Position numbers and translations under genes: made by a program. Source: Candidatus Parvarchaeota archaeon (GTDB lineage Archaea; Nanobdellota; Nanobdellia; JAFCGN01). Taken from it: a stretch of 54,465 nucleotides of DNA. The DNA lies in contig JAFCGN010000003.1 of assembly GCA_017608045.1 (NCBI GenBank), positions 1 to 54,465 on the forward strand, given 5' to 3'. How positions within the stretch are numbered: position 1 is the stretch's first letter; every line of letters starts with the position of its first letter. A model generated the notes under the pieces. It worked only from the letters and a program-made list of their open reading frames with translations, was not told where the DNA came from and ran no database searches. Shown piece after piece: positions 10,447-20,488 of this stretch.

Positions 10447-11523
10447 ATGAAGTCAAAAGTCGCGGTCATTAAAACAACGCCAAGAACTGTTATTGATGAT
10501 TATCAAAAACTTCTTAAATTAAGTGATTTCAAAAAAGAGATTAATAAAGATTATTTAACTCTTCTTAAACTCAATTTAAGTTGGACTTTATTCTACCCTG
10601 CTTGTTCAAGTCCTCCATGGCAAGTGGATGGTGTTGCTAAATTTTTAAGAGACAATAATTATGAGGATGTTGTTGCTGTTGAAAATAAAACTGTTGTGAC
10701 AAAACCAATAAAAGGAGCAATTAATAACAAATGGTTAAGCGTTCTTAACAAATATAAAATAAAATTTCAACCTTTAACTAATGTTGAATGGACTGTTTAT
10801 AAACCAAAAGCAGAGATGCTTGCATTAGACAGAATCTTTGATGACTATAAAATACCAAAAATGTTTATTGGAACAAATGTTATTCATTTTCCTACGATTA
10901 AAACACATGGACACACGACAATGACAGGTGCTATGAAAAACGCTTTTGGTGGATTAATTACAGAAAGAAGGCATCATTGTCATAAGTACATACACGAAGT
11001 TCTTGTTGACTTGCTTCAAATTCAGAAAGAAATTCATAAAGGGGTTTTTGCAGTCATGGATGGTTCAGTGGCGGGTAATGGTGCAGGCCCAAGAACAATG
11101 ATTCCAGTAATAACAAATCTTTTGCTTGCAAGCAATGATCAAGTAGCTATTGACGCAGTATCCGCGCGAATAATGGGTTATGATCCAATGAGTATAAAAT
11201 TTATTAAACTCTCGCATGATTTAGGTCTTGGAAACGGGGATCTTAAACAAATTGAAATAGTTGGAGATTTTGATTCTTATGAAAAACTTCCTAACCACAA
11301 ATTCCATACTAAAAAATCTTTAGTTATTTTTTCTGACCAATTAACAAGAAAAGGTGCTTTAAGTTTTATAGAACCATTACTTTACCATGGTCCCTTGTTT
11401 AATTTATGCATTGCAGGGAGTGCAATATACCATGATGCATTCTGGTATAATACTATTGGAAGAAAAAGAATAAAAGAATTTATGAAAACAAAATGGGGGC
11501 AAAAGTTTAAGTCTTATGAGTAA
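10447..11523 (+). CDS. DUF362 domain protein
   Basis: 'LLKLNLSW', 'PTIKTHGHTTMTGAMKNAFG' and 'SNDQVAIDAV' motifs. Confidence 0.8.
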   Translation: MKSKVAVIKTTPRTVIDDYQKLLKLSDFKKEINKDYLTLLKLNLSWTLFYPACSSPPWQVDGVAKFLRDNNYEDVVAVENKTVVTKPIKGAINNKWLSVLNKYKIKFQPLTNVEWTVYKPKAEMLALDRIFDDYKIPKMFIGTNVIHFPTIKTHGHTTMTGAMKNAFGGLITERRHHCHKYIHEVLVDLLQIQKEIHKGVFAVMDGSVAGNGAGPRTMIPVITNLLLASNDQVAIDAVSARIMGYDPMSIKFIKLSHDLGLGNGDLKQIEIVGDFDSYEKLPNHKFHTKKSLVIFSDQLTRKGALSFIEPLLYHGPLFNLCIAGSAIYHDAFWYNTIGRKRIKEFMKTKWGQKFKSYE

Positions 11524-11534
11524 GGGCGTGATTA

Positions 11535-13130
11535 ATGAAGAAGAACACGTTTTACTTTATTTCATTATTATTTCTCTTATTCATTACAAGATTCCTTAAT
11601 CTTAATGAAGCACCTCCAGGCATTAATGATGATGAAGTGATTAATTTACAACCAGTAACAAAATTATTAAACAATCATGAATTCTTCTGGTTTATTGAAG
11701 ACGAGAGAGAACCTTTATTCTATTATTTATTATCATTTTACTTTTTGTTCTTCCCGAGAACAATGTTTTTTGTGAGATTATTCCCAGCTTTCATTGGGTC
11801 TCTTACAGTGCTTCTTACTTATTATTTATTAAGACGACTCTATGATACAAGAACAGGTTATTATTCTGCTGTGATTCTTGCAATAAGTAATTGGCATTAT
11901 CATTTCAGCAGGCTTCTTTACAGAGCAATACTAACACCAATCACTATGTTATTAGTATTATATTTAACAAAGAATTTTTATGAAAAGAAAAAAAACACAT
12001 GGTTCCTTGCTATCATAACCTCTTTCTTCGTATTTTATACTTATGGTCCTGCAAAATTCTTAGTCTTAGTCCCTATTACTTATTATTTATTCACGCAAGA
12101 AATTAATAAGCATTCATTAGTAAGAACAATCAAGCTTTACGCAATAATAATACTTATTTCATTACCAATAATCATTCCTAACATCTTCTTTGATAAGGGA
12201 ATGGATAGAACGCACAAAGTCGTTTACATCTTTAAGAATTACTTAAGCGTGAATCAAAAAATCATGATGTTTTTTAACCTCATGCTTGATTATGTTAAAA
12301 TGTTATTCTTTTTTGGTTGCGTTTCATGGCAATACAATTACCCCTTACATCCTTTATTATCCTTGTTTGAATTCATTTTCTTCCCACTTGGCTTATTCTT
12401 TTCAACGAAGAACAAGAAAGAATTCTTCTTACTCTGCCTTCTGCTTTTCTTCGGTGCTTTCACTGAATTCATTAGTTTTGACAGCCCTAATGCTGTTCGT
12501 TCCTTACAAATAACACCAATAATTGCTTTAATATCAGCAAAGGGCTTCACTTCATTAATTAATCTTAATTTTTTTAAAAAAAATTTTTCCAAAAAACAAC
12601 GCAGTAATTATCAACACTCATTTTTTATTTTATTAATGATTCTCAGTCTTACCCTTAATTTAAAGAATTATTATGCATGGAGTGATGAGCATGGAACAGG
12701 AGTCACTTTTCACTCGAATTACATTAATAATATTGAAGAATTTTTTGAGAACCCATTATTGAATAACATTCATTATGTGATTAAATTACCTTACAATCAA
12801 TCAAGAACGCTTATGACAATGTACCTCAACTTTTTTGATCCAAAGAATGAAACGAAGTACATGATAGTTAAGAATTATGATGAGATTAAACAAGACACTC
12901 CTTTCTTCGTTCTTCTTGAATTAAGTAATGGATTAAAAGTAACTTGTTATGATGCTTTACTTATTAAGAACTCTAAGGAATTCTGGTTAGGTTGGTTCAC
13001 TATTGTTAAGAAGTACTTTAAGAATCAAGAGGAGTATAATATTTTTTATGAAGAACTGAATAACTCCTGTTATAATGACACTGGAATTAAAAGTATTAAA
13101 TACTTTAAGGATTACATAATGATAAAATAA
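11535..13130 (+). CDS. GT-C glycosyltransferase (ArnT/GT39-like)
   Basis: 'PPGINDDE', 'EPLFYY', 'VRLFPA...YHFSR' and multiple TM helices. Confidence 0.8.
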   Translation: MKKNTFYFISLLFLLFITRFLNLNEAPPGINDDEVINLQPVTKLLNNHEFFWFIEDEREPLFYYLLSFYFLFFPRTMFFVRLFPAFIGSLTVLLTYYLLRRLYDTRTGYYSAVILAISNWHYHFSRLLYRAILTPITMLLVLYLTKNFYEKKKNTWFLAIITSFFVFYTYGPAKFLVLVPITYYLFTQEINKHSLVRTIKLYAIIILISLPIIIPNIFFDKGMDRTHKVVYIFKNYLSVNQKIMMFFNLMLDYVKMLFFFGCVSWQYNYPLHPLLSLFEFIFFPLGLFFSTKNKKEFFLLCLLLFFGAFTEFISFDSPNAVRSLQITPIIALISAKGFTSLINLNFFKKNFSKKQRSNYQHSFFILLMILSLTLNLKNYYAWSDEHGTGVTFHSNYINNIEEFFENPLLNNIHYVIKLPYNQSRTLMTMYLNFFDPKNETKYMIVKNYDEIKQDTPFFVLLELSNGLKVTCYDALLIKNSKEFWLGWFTIVKKYFKNQEEYNIFYEELNNSCYNDTGIKSIKYFKDYIMIK

Positions 13131-13173
13131 AACAGTTACACTATTAACTGAGAATAGTATTAAACGCAGAACA

Positions 13174-14049
13174 TTAAGCTAAGTAAAAAGATATGAAGCA
13201 TATTAACAACCAAAACAAAACCCCGCAAACAATGTATTTGTCAAACAGGATTAATTCCGTATTTCTTCCTGCTTTATGATTTGACAGAACTAAGTGCAAA
13301 TATCTTTGTAAAATAAAAACAACAATAGGGATTGTAAGCATCATTAAATTATTGCTTGTGCTTGCTAAAAACGTGTAAAAAGAATATGTTGAAAGAAGCA
13401 TTGCTGTTATAATTGTAATATAATTTTTGAGAAGGTCTTCAGTGTAAAAAGCATAAACTTTTTTATGTTTTTCAGGATTTTTTCCTAAAATTTTTTTATC
13501 ACTTAATCTTTTGCTCAATCCTAAAAATAATGCAAGCAAATACACCATAACTAAAAGCCACGGACTACTGCCAACATTAATCGCGTTCATCCCGCTTACA
13601 GTTCTTATAATAAAGTTTAATGCAATGAATTGCAAATCAATTAAAGGAACATTTTTAGCGAACAAAGAGTATGTTAAAGTGCTTAAAAACAATAATGTTG
13701 GGAATACAAAAAACAAATTATTTATGAAAAACGAAAAATAAATTGAAAGACTAAAAAAAATAATAACAAGGAGTTTAGCAAATTTTTTACTAATTTTCTT
13801 GCTTGCTAAAACCCTATGTTTTTTTTCAGGATGCTTTTTGTCTTTTTCATAATCTATTAAGTCATTAATTATGTAATTTGTTGAACTCATGAAACAAAGT
13901 GCAATAAAACCAATAAAACTAAATGAAAAACTCTTAAAATTGAAAAGATTTTTACTAAAAAAAATCGGAAGAAAAATAACTAAATTTTTATACCATTGCC
14001 TAATGCGCATTAAGTTTATTATGTTCTTTAATTTTTGAATTATTCTCAT
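13174..14049 (-). CDS. UbiA-family polyprenyl-phosphate phosphoribosyltransferase (DPPR synthase-like)
   Basis: 'LMRIRQWYKNLVIFLP', 'YIINDLIDYEKDKKHPEKKHR' and 'FLGLSKR' are typical of the Rv3806c-type subfamily. Confidence 0.85.
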   Translation of the reverse strand: MRIIQKLKNIINLMRIRQWYKNLVIFLPIFFSKNLFNFKSFSFSFIGFIALCFMSSTNYIINDLIDYEKDKKHPEKKHRVLASKKISKKFAKLLVIIFFSLSIYFSFFINNLFFVFPTLLFLSTLTYSLFAKNVPLIDLQFIALNFIIRTVSGMNAINVGSSPWLLVMVYLLALFLGLSKRLSDKKILGKNPEKHKKVYAFYTEDLLKNYITIITAMLLSTYSFYTFLASTSNNLMMLTIPIVVFILQRYLHLVLSNHKAGRNTELILFDKYIVCGVLFWLLICFISFYLA

Positions 14050-14134
14050 TTAAAATTAATATTTTTGTTTAATTTTTAAGTTTTGTGAGTTAAGCAATAA
14101 TTCTTATAAAGAGTAATTAAAGGATTATTATTTA

Positions 14135-14989
14135 ATGAAGGCAATAATTCCTGCTGCAGGCAAGGGGACGAGATTACTTCCAAATACACTTGGTGCTCCA
14201 AAAGAATTAATAACTTTTCTTGGCAAGCCTTCAATAGAGTGGGCAATTGATTACTTAAAAGAAAACAACATAAACGATATAACAATAATAACAGGCTATA
14301 AAAAGTCAGCTCTTTTTGATTATTTAGGTACTGGCAGTTTTTTTAATGTTAAAATTGATTATGCATTACAACATAATCCAAAAGGGTTGGGGCATGCAAT
14401 TCTTTGTGCTAAAAACAATATTTTAGAAGATGATTTCATTGTTTATTTAGGGGACACTATTATTGTTCCGAAAAACAATCCTTTTGGGAAATCGCATGAC
14501 TTAGAGGAACTTGTAAAATTGCATTTAGAAAAAAACGCGTTTGCAACAATGCTGCTTGAAGAAGTTTTAAATCCAGAAATATATGGTGTTGTGCGTTTTG
14601 ATAAAAAAAGCAAACTTATAACAGATATTTATGAAAAACCAAAAGATGAAAAAGTTAAGAAAAGGTTTAGATTAAAGAACGGTAAATACTTAGCAATTTC
14701 AGGAATTTATGTTTTTAACAAAGAAATTTTTGATTATCTTAAAAAATTGAAACCAGGATTAAATAATGAAATTCAATTAACAGACGCAATATTAAATGCA
14801 TTGAAAGATGAAAATCTTGTTTATGGAAGGATTTTAAATGGAATGAGAGTGGATATAGGAAACTTTAACTATTTAAAACATGAACAAGAAGTATATGGCA
14901 TGCTTAAAAATGAACAATTAGAAGCATGGATTAATGAGAGGGAAGCTCTTGGAAAAAAAATAAAGAGGGAAGTTTATAATGAAAAATAA
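14135..14989 (+). CDS. UTP/dTTP-glucose-1-phosphate nucleotidyltransferase (GalU/AglF/RmlA-like)
   Basis: 'AAGKGTRLLP...PKEL', 'PKGLGHAI', 'YEKP' and 'EIQLTDAI'. Confidence 0.9.
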   Translation: MKAIIPAAGKGTRLLPNTLGAPKELITFLGKPSIEWAIDYLKENNINDITIITGYKKSALFDYLGTGSFFNVKIDYALQHNPKGLGHAILCAKNNILEDDFIVYLGDTIIVPKNNPFGKSHDLEELVKLHLEKNAFATMLLEEVLNPEIYGVVRFDKKSKLITDIYEKPKDEKVKKRFRLKNGKYLAISGIYVFNKEIFDYLKKLKPGLNNEIQLTDAILNALKDENLVYGRILNGMRVDIGNFNYLKHEQEVYGMLKNEQLEAWINEREALGKKIKREVYNEK

Positions 14990-15959
14990 AATTGAGAACA
15001 AAACACTGCTTATAACAGGAGGGGCAGGATTTCTCGGAAGCCACTTGTGCGAATTTTATCTTAATAATAACAGAGTAATATGCGTTGATTCTTTAGCAAG
15101 CGGGAGAATAGAAAATATTAATCATTTATTAAAAAACAAGAATTTTGTTTTTATGAACCATGATGTAATTGAATCAATGCCAAAAATACTTGAAGACGTG
15201 GATTACGTGCTTCATTTCGCAAGCAGAGCAGCACCTGAAGAATATCAAAAACATGCGATGCATACTTTAAAAACAAATTCAATTGGAACAATGAATATGC
15301 TTGAATTTGCATGGCAAAAAAAAGCAATTTTTTTATTTGCATCCACAAGCGAGATTTACGGGCAACCAAGCATGGTTCCAACACCTGAAACTTATTATGG
15401 TTATGCGAATACAATTGGTCCAAGGTCTTGCTATGATGAAAGCAAGAGATTTGGTGAAACAATTTGTAAAACTTATGCAGAGTCTTATAATGGTTTGGAT
15501 GTTAGGATAATCAGGATTTTCAATACTTTTGGTCCAAGAATACGGCATGATGTTCATTATGGAAGAGCATTACCAAGATTTATTTATCAAGCATTAACAG
15601 GAAAAGACATAACAATTTATGGAGATGGAAGTCAAACAAGGAGTTTTATGTATGTTTCTGATTTAGTGAGTGCAGTTAACATAATTTTAAGACAAAAAGG
15701 ACCAAAAAAGGTTTCACATAACGGTCATGTGTATAATGTGGGGAATCCTCAAGAAGTTAGTATAAAAAAACTTGCAGAAAAAATTATTGAATACACTAAT
15801 TCAAAATCAAAAATAACGTATTCCTCTCTTCCTAAAGATGACCCTTTAAGAAGGGTTCCGGACATTACTAAAATGAAATCCTTAGGATGGGAGCCAAAAG
15901 TTCATTGGGAAGATGGCTTAAAATTAACAATTAAATGGTTTAAAGAAAAAATGGTATAA
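14979..15959 (+). CDS. uxs: UDP-glucuronate decarboxylase (UDP-xylose synthase)
   Basis: 'TGGAGFLGSHL', 'STSEIYG', 'GPRSCYDESKR' and 'DDPLRRVPDI'. Confidence 0.9.
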   Translation: MKNKIENKTLLITGGAGFLGSHLCEFYLNNNRVICVDSLASGRIENINHLLKNKNFVFMNHDVIESMPKILEDVDYVLHFASRAAPEEYQKHAMHTLKTNSIGTMNMLEFAWQKKAIFLFASTSEIYGQPSMVPTPETYYGYANTIGPRSCYDESKRFGETICKTYAESYNGLDVRIIRIFNTFGPRIRHDVHYGRALPRFIYQALTGKDITIYGDGSQTRSFMYVSDLVSAVNIILRQKGPKKVSHNGHVYNVGNPQEVSIKKLAEKIIEYTNSKSKITYSSLPKDDPLRRVPDITKMKSLGWEPKVHWEDGLKLTIKWFKEKMV

Positions 15960-15963
15960 TGAA

Positions 15964-17124
15964 TTATTTCTTTCTGATTTCTTTTGTTTTTTCAAGATAT
16001 TCATCATATTTTTTTGTGAAAACCTTCCAATCATATTTTCTTACATGCTTTCTTGCTTCTTCTCCCATTTTTTTATGCTTTCTTGTATTTTTTATTAGTT
16101 CTTCCATTTTTTCAGCAATTGCTTCTGGCGTTGCATCCACGAGAAAACCTGTTTTATTGTGAAGAACAGATTCTTTTGGTCCTCCTTCATTCACACTAAT
16201 AACTGGTTTTGCACAACTCATTGCTTCTAAAGGAACAATGCCCCAATCCTCATCTTTTGCAGTGAAAAGCATTGCATAACAATTGCTGAAATAATCTCTT
16301 AATTCTTTTCTTGAAACACTTATATGGAAATCAACAGGAAGTCCTTCAGCCTCTTTTTTTAAAAAATCAAGTATTGGTTTATCCTTAGGCATTAAATGTC
16401 CTACGATTTTTAACCTAAATTTTCTTATTTTTTTCTTTTTGTATAAAATTTTGAATGCTCTTATGCTTAATTCTATTCTTTTATACCATTGAATTCTTCC
16501 TGGAGCTAAAAAATATTTTTTATACTTACCAGGTACAAAATCATCAACATTCACGCCTGGATTTAAAACAAATATTCTTTCTGGGTCTATCACTTTTGCT
16601 CTAATTATCCTCCCTCTTGTGTTCTCACTATTACATAATGTTAAGTCAATGTATTTCCAAGCTATTTTTTCAAGCACTCTATAACCATGCACTGCTCCAA
16701 TAAAAAATGGTTTTTTCCACCCCTTGAATTTTGTTTTTTTGTATTCCTCATACATTTCATGAGCAGGTCTTAGAATTGTATGGCAAAAAGCCATTATTGG
16801 AATGGAATGGTTTCTTAAAGTAATTAATTCTCCAATTCCCGCAGTTGCTATGTTAAAAACATCAAATGATTTCAAATTAGGTATTTTTGTAAACAAAGCT
16901 GCTCTTCCAAAATTAACTCCTCTTTGAATTATTCCTTTAACTTTTATACTCTTTTTACTTAATGACTGTATGTTAAACTCTTTTAATTCTTCAAACGTGT
17001 TTTCTTTATCATAATTGAAAGTGAAGACAGTAAATTCATGTTTTGAACCCTTCAATGTTTCTAATAAAACTTTTTCAGCACCGCCTTTGCTTACAATCCA
17101 CGGATAATAATACGCAACTTTCAT
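15964..17124 (-). CDS. Glycosyltransferase family 4
   Basis: 'GGAEKV', 'CNSENT' and 'EDWGIVPLEAMSCAKPVI'. Confidence 0.9.
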   Translation of the reverse strand: MKVAYYYPWIVSKGGAEKVLLETLKGSKHEFTVFTFNYDKENTFEELKEFNIQSLSKKSIKVKGIIQRGVNFGRAALFTKIPNLKSFDVFNIATAGIGELITLRNHSIPIMAFCHTILRPAHEMYEEYKKTKFKGWKKPFFIGAVHGYRVLEKIAWKYIDLTLCNSENTRGRIIRAKVIDPERIFVLNPGVNVDDFVPGKYKKYFLAPGRIQWYKRIELSIRAFKILYKKKKIRKFRLKIVGHLMPKDKPILDFLKKEAEGLPVDFHISVSRKELRDYFSNCYAMLFTAKDEDWGIVPLEAMSCAKPVISVNEGGPKESVLHNKTGFLVDATPEAIAEKMEELIKNTRKHKKMGEEARKHVRKYDWKVFTKKYDEYLEKTKEIRKK

Positions 17125-17125
17125 T

Positions 17126-18598
17126 TTAACCTCTGAGTGTTAGTTTGCTTTTTAATGTTTTTAAAAATTTCTTATCCTCTTTATCAAAGAAGTTTAACTT
17201 ATACAATGCGCCAGAATATAACATTACACCTATTACGCCTCCAACACTTAATAATAAAAATCCATTAAGATAATTTTTTAATAAAAGAACAGGAAGAATT
17301 GAAATTCCTGCTATTAATGATTTGAATAAATATTTGTATGGGAAAAACTTTTCATTTAATTTTAAATACAAATAAAATCCTTCAAAAAAACAAGTTATTA
17401 AATAAACTAAACTTGCGCCAACAGCACCATATCCAATTTTGCTTAAAGAAGGTATGAATATTAAAGACGCAATCACGCTTATTATTGCAAGAAGTGATCT
17501 CATTTTTGAAAAAAGTTTTGCTTTTCCAAATCCAAGAGCAATATTATTCCATAAAGTTAATACTCCATAAATCATGCTCGCTATTGAACAAACAATCAAA
17601 GAAGGAGTTGAAGGAAGATAAGCATCTTTATAGAAAAAAAGAATTAACTCCTTTCTAAAAATAATTGCTAAAAACCCTAATGGAATTGTTACAATAAAAT
17701 TGTATTTAAAGAATCTTGGCAATGTTTTTTTTAATTCTTCTTTATTCGAACTTGTTATAAATGGTTGTAATACTGTTCCTAATGTTATGCTTAAAAGAAA
17801 AATCATGCTTGTAATGCTTATGCTTATTCCAAAAAAAGCTACTTGTGAGGAATCTGCAAATTTTCCGAGAATAAGAGGAGTGAGTTTGTTGTAGAAAACC
17901 ATCATTATTAAACCAGAATAAATAAAACCAGAGTATTTGAAAAATGTTTTTTTATTAATTTTTTTAAACCCATTTTCTTTTGGATAAACAAACCACATTA
18001 AAACTATGCTAAAAATTAAGGATAAAACAAAACCTGAACTAAAACCAACATAAATGAAATGACTTCCATAAAGAATAAGGAATAAAACAGCAAAGATTCT
18101 TGGAAGTGTTTGAGAAAGGTCAAGAAGAACTGCTTTTCCAACTCGTTTAAATGCAATAAGAGCTGAACTAAAAAATGTTAGGAGTGAATAAGAGAAATTG
18201 CTTATGCTAAAAATAATTAATGGTGCTTTTAATTCCGGCATATTATAAAACTTGCTTATTGTGCCAGCGAATAAAATTAATAAAAAACTCGTGATTGATG
18301 TTATAAACAATCTTATTCTAAAAGCATAGTTTAAATAAGATTTCGTTTCTTGAGGCGATTTTGAACTTGGTATAAAAAAAGTAATTGTTTGGTTTAATCC
18401 AAAATCATTAATTAATTGTAATGTCATTATTATTCCTAATGCTAATGAAAATATTCCAAAAGAATTTGGACCCATCCACCTGGCAAGCAAAGCCATTAAA
18501 ACAAAATTTGTAACTAAGTATAATATTTTTCCAATAAAATAAATCCCTGTTCCCTTTATGACCTTGCTTACCTGCATATGGAAGAAATACAACAACAA
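17126..18598 (-). CDS. Oligosaccharide flippase (Wzx/AglR-like); likely start 18577
   Basis: About 14 TM helices, 'ARWMGPNSFGIFS' and 'GYGAVGAS'. Confidence 0.85.
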   Translation of the reverse strand: MLLYFFHMQVSKVIKGTGIYFIGKILYLVTNFVLMALLARWMGPNSFGIFSLALGIIMTLQLINDFGLNQTITFFIPSSKSPQETKSYLNYAFRIRLFITSITSFLLILFAGTISKFYNMPELKAPLIIFSISNFSYSLLTFFSSALIAFKRVGKAVLLDLSQTLPRIFAVLFLILYGSHFIYVGFSSGFVLSLIFSIVLMWFVYPKENGFKKINKKTFFKYSGFIYSGLIMMVFYNKLTPLILGKFADSSQVAFFGISISITSMIFLLSITLGTVLQPFITSSNKEELKKTLPRFFKYNFIVTIPLGFLAIIFRKELILFFYKDAYLPSTPSLIVCSIASMIYGVLTLWNNIALGFGKAKLFSKMRSLLAIISVIASLIFIPSLSKIGYGAVGASLVYLITCFFEGFYLYLKLNEKFFPYKYLFKSLIAGISILPVLLLKNYLNGFLLLSVGGVIGVMLYSGALYKLNFFDKEDKKFLKTLKSKLTLRG

Positions 18599-18651
18599 TA
18601 ATTAAAAAACCTTGTGAAAAAATTCATAAATCTCTATAAAATTAAACAATT

Positions 18652-19590
18652 ATGCAAAAAAATCCGAGTGTTAGTGCAATAATCCCATTTTATAATAATG
18701 AGAGGTTTTTCAAAAAAAATATTGAATCAATTCTTAATCAAACTTATCCAATAAAGGAAATAATTCTTGTTAATGATGGCAGCAAGCAAAGAGATGCGCA
18801 ATTAGCAAGAGAATACGCTAAGAAATATAAAAAAATAAAGTTAATAGAATTTAAAGAAAACAAAGGTCAGTCTTTTGCAAGAAATGCAGGACTGAAATTG
18901 TCTAAATCAGATATTGTTTTTTTTGTAGAAGGAGACGCTGTTTTTGATAAAAACTATTTGAAAAACATTGTGGAACAATTAGTAAAAAATAAGGATAAAA
19001 AAGTTGCAGGCAGTTTAGGCATTAGAGTTCCAATTGATTATAATCCAAAAAATATTGTTCAAAGAATGAGCAAAGATGTTTTTGAGCTTTTACCAAAAAT
19101 AAGAGCTCCTTTAAATGTTTGGGTGTATTGGAGAAAAGTTCTTGAAGAAGTTGGGGGTTTCAGTGAAAAAATAACAAGAGTTGGTGAAGATGTTGAAATG
19201 GCGGACAGGATAAAAAAATTAGGGTATGAAATGTATTGGTGTGAAAAAAGCAAGTTTTATCATGATGAACCAAAAACTCTTTGGCAAGTAATTAAATCAG
19301 CGTATAGGAATGGTAAGAAGATACTCCCATTTTATTTGAAAAACTACAAAAACCCTTTTTATTATAAGAATAATTTATTTCATTTTCTTTGGCTGATTAG
19401 TTTCTTTTTAACGCCTATTTCATTAATCCCATTTATTTTCTTTACTTCTTTATGGATTTATTTTTACTTCAAAAGAATTAAAACCTTTTTATTAGTTGAT
19501 AAGAATTGGAGAATTTTGTTATTTCCAATTATTGATTCAATACGTTCTTTTGCAAATATTTTTGGGATATTAGTTTCTTTATTTTCTTAA
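18652..19590 (+). CDS. Glycosyltransferase family 2
   Basis: 'SAIIPFYN', 'VNDGS', 'ARNAG', 'EGD' (DxD variant) and 'GEDVE'. Confidence 0.9.
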   Translation: MQKNPSVSAIIPFYNNERFFKKNIESILNQTYPIKEIILVNDGSKQRDAQLAREYAKKYKKIKLIEFKENKGQSFARNAGLKLSKSDIVFFVEGDAVFDKNYLKNIVEQLVKNKDKKVAGSLGIRVPIDYNPKNIVQRMSKDVFELLPKIRAPLNVWVYWRKVLEEVGGFSEKITRVGEDVEMADRIKKLGYEMYWCEKSKFYHDEPKTLWQVIKSAYRNGKKILPFYLKNYKNPFYYKNNLFHFLWLISFFLTPISLIPFIFFTSLWIYFYFKRIKTFLLVDKNWRILLFPIIDSIRSFANIFGILVSLFS

Positions 19591-20469
19591 CTTTTTTCTC
19601 CACTTTTCTGCTATAAAAGAATTAGTTACAAATTTAACATTATAATTTTCTAATAATTTGTTTAAACTTTCTCTAATATTCTCATAAACTTTTTCGCATA
19701 ACCCATTTTCATTGAAATCATTTCCATAATTTCTGAACACATGCCCCTTAGCACTTATAACCCCATTATTTTCTGCAATTTCTTCCATTCTCTTATAATC
19801 ATTTTTTATTACATCCCAGTTTTGAGGAATATTTATTAAATTATTTACTAATGAAGGTTCTAACAAACTTACGTTTTTAAATCCTGTTTCTTTTACTAAA
19901 GCATTTTTTGTTATGGGTGTTATCACATCCGCGCTAATTCCTATGAATTTAAAGTTCAAATCTTTTAAAGAATTCAACAAGTTATTATTAAAACCCCACC
20001 CTGGAGGGCGAAAACCCATTACAAATTTTAGTTTTGCATTTTTCATTATCTTAATTGCTGTTTTCAATCTAAAAATGCACTCAGCATAATTTAATGAAGT
20101 GAATTCAGCACCTTGAGGGTTTTCTTCTTGAAAATGATATAAACCATGTATTGCAATTTCAAATTTTTGTTTATTTAACCATTTCACCCAATCCTTGTGT
20201 TTATCTAACCTGAATGGTTCGTCTTCCCAAACTTTTACTGTTTTCATTTTTAAGAATTTTCGTAAATAGTATTTTATCCCATTAAACCCACTATAATACC
20301 TCCAATTAGGTGTTGCGTAAAAAGTAATTTTTAATTTTGGAAACTCTTCTTTTAGTTTTAACACCCATCTTAAAACACCTTTTTCTTTATCACCACCACT
20401 ATCACTTATGTGATTACTTGTTTCAGGATGCAAATCATCAAAATTCAAATTAAAATAAACTTTCTTCAT
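19579..20469 (-). CDS. Polysaccharide deacetylase/DUF2334-like protein
   Basis: 'FDDLHP', 'IHGLYH' and 'GFRPPGW' (NodB-like motifs). Confidence 0.75.
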   Translation of the reverse strand: MKKVYFNLNFDDLHPETSNHISDSGGDKEKGVLRWVLKLKEEFPKLKITFYATPNWRYYSGFNGIKYYLRKFLKMKTVKVWEDEPFRLDKHKDWVKWLNKQKFEIAIHGLYHFQEENPQGAEFTSLNYAECIFRLKTAIKIMKNAKLKFVMGFRPPGWGFNNNLLNSLKDLNFKFIGISADVITPITKNALVKETGFKNVSLLEPSLVNNLINIPQNWDVIKNDYKRMEEIAENNGVISAKGHVFRNYGNDFNENGLCEKVYENIRESLNKLLENYNVKFVTNSFIAEKWRKKLRK

Positions 20470-20488
20470 TAAAAGAAAGAGAACAAGA

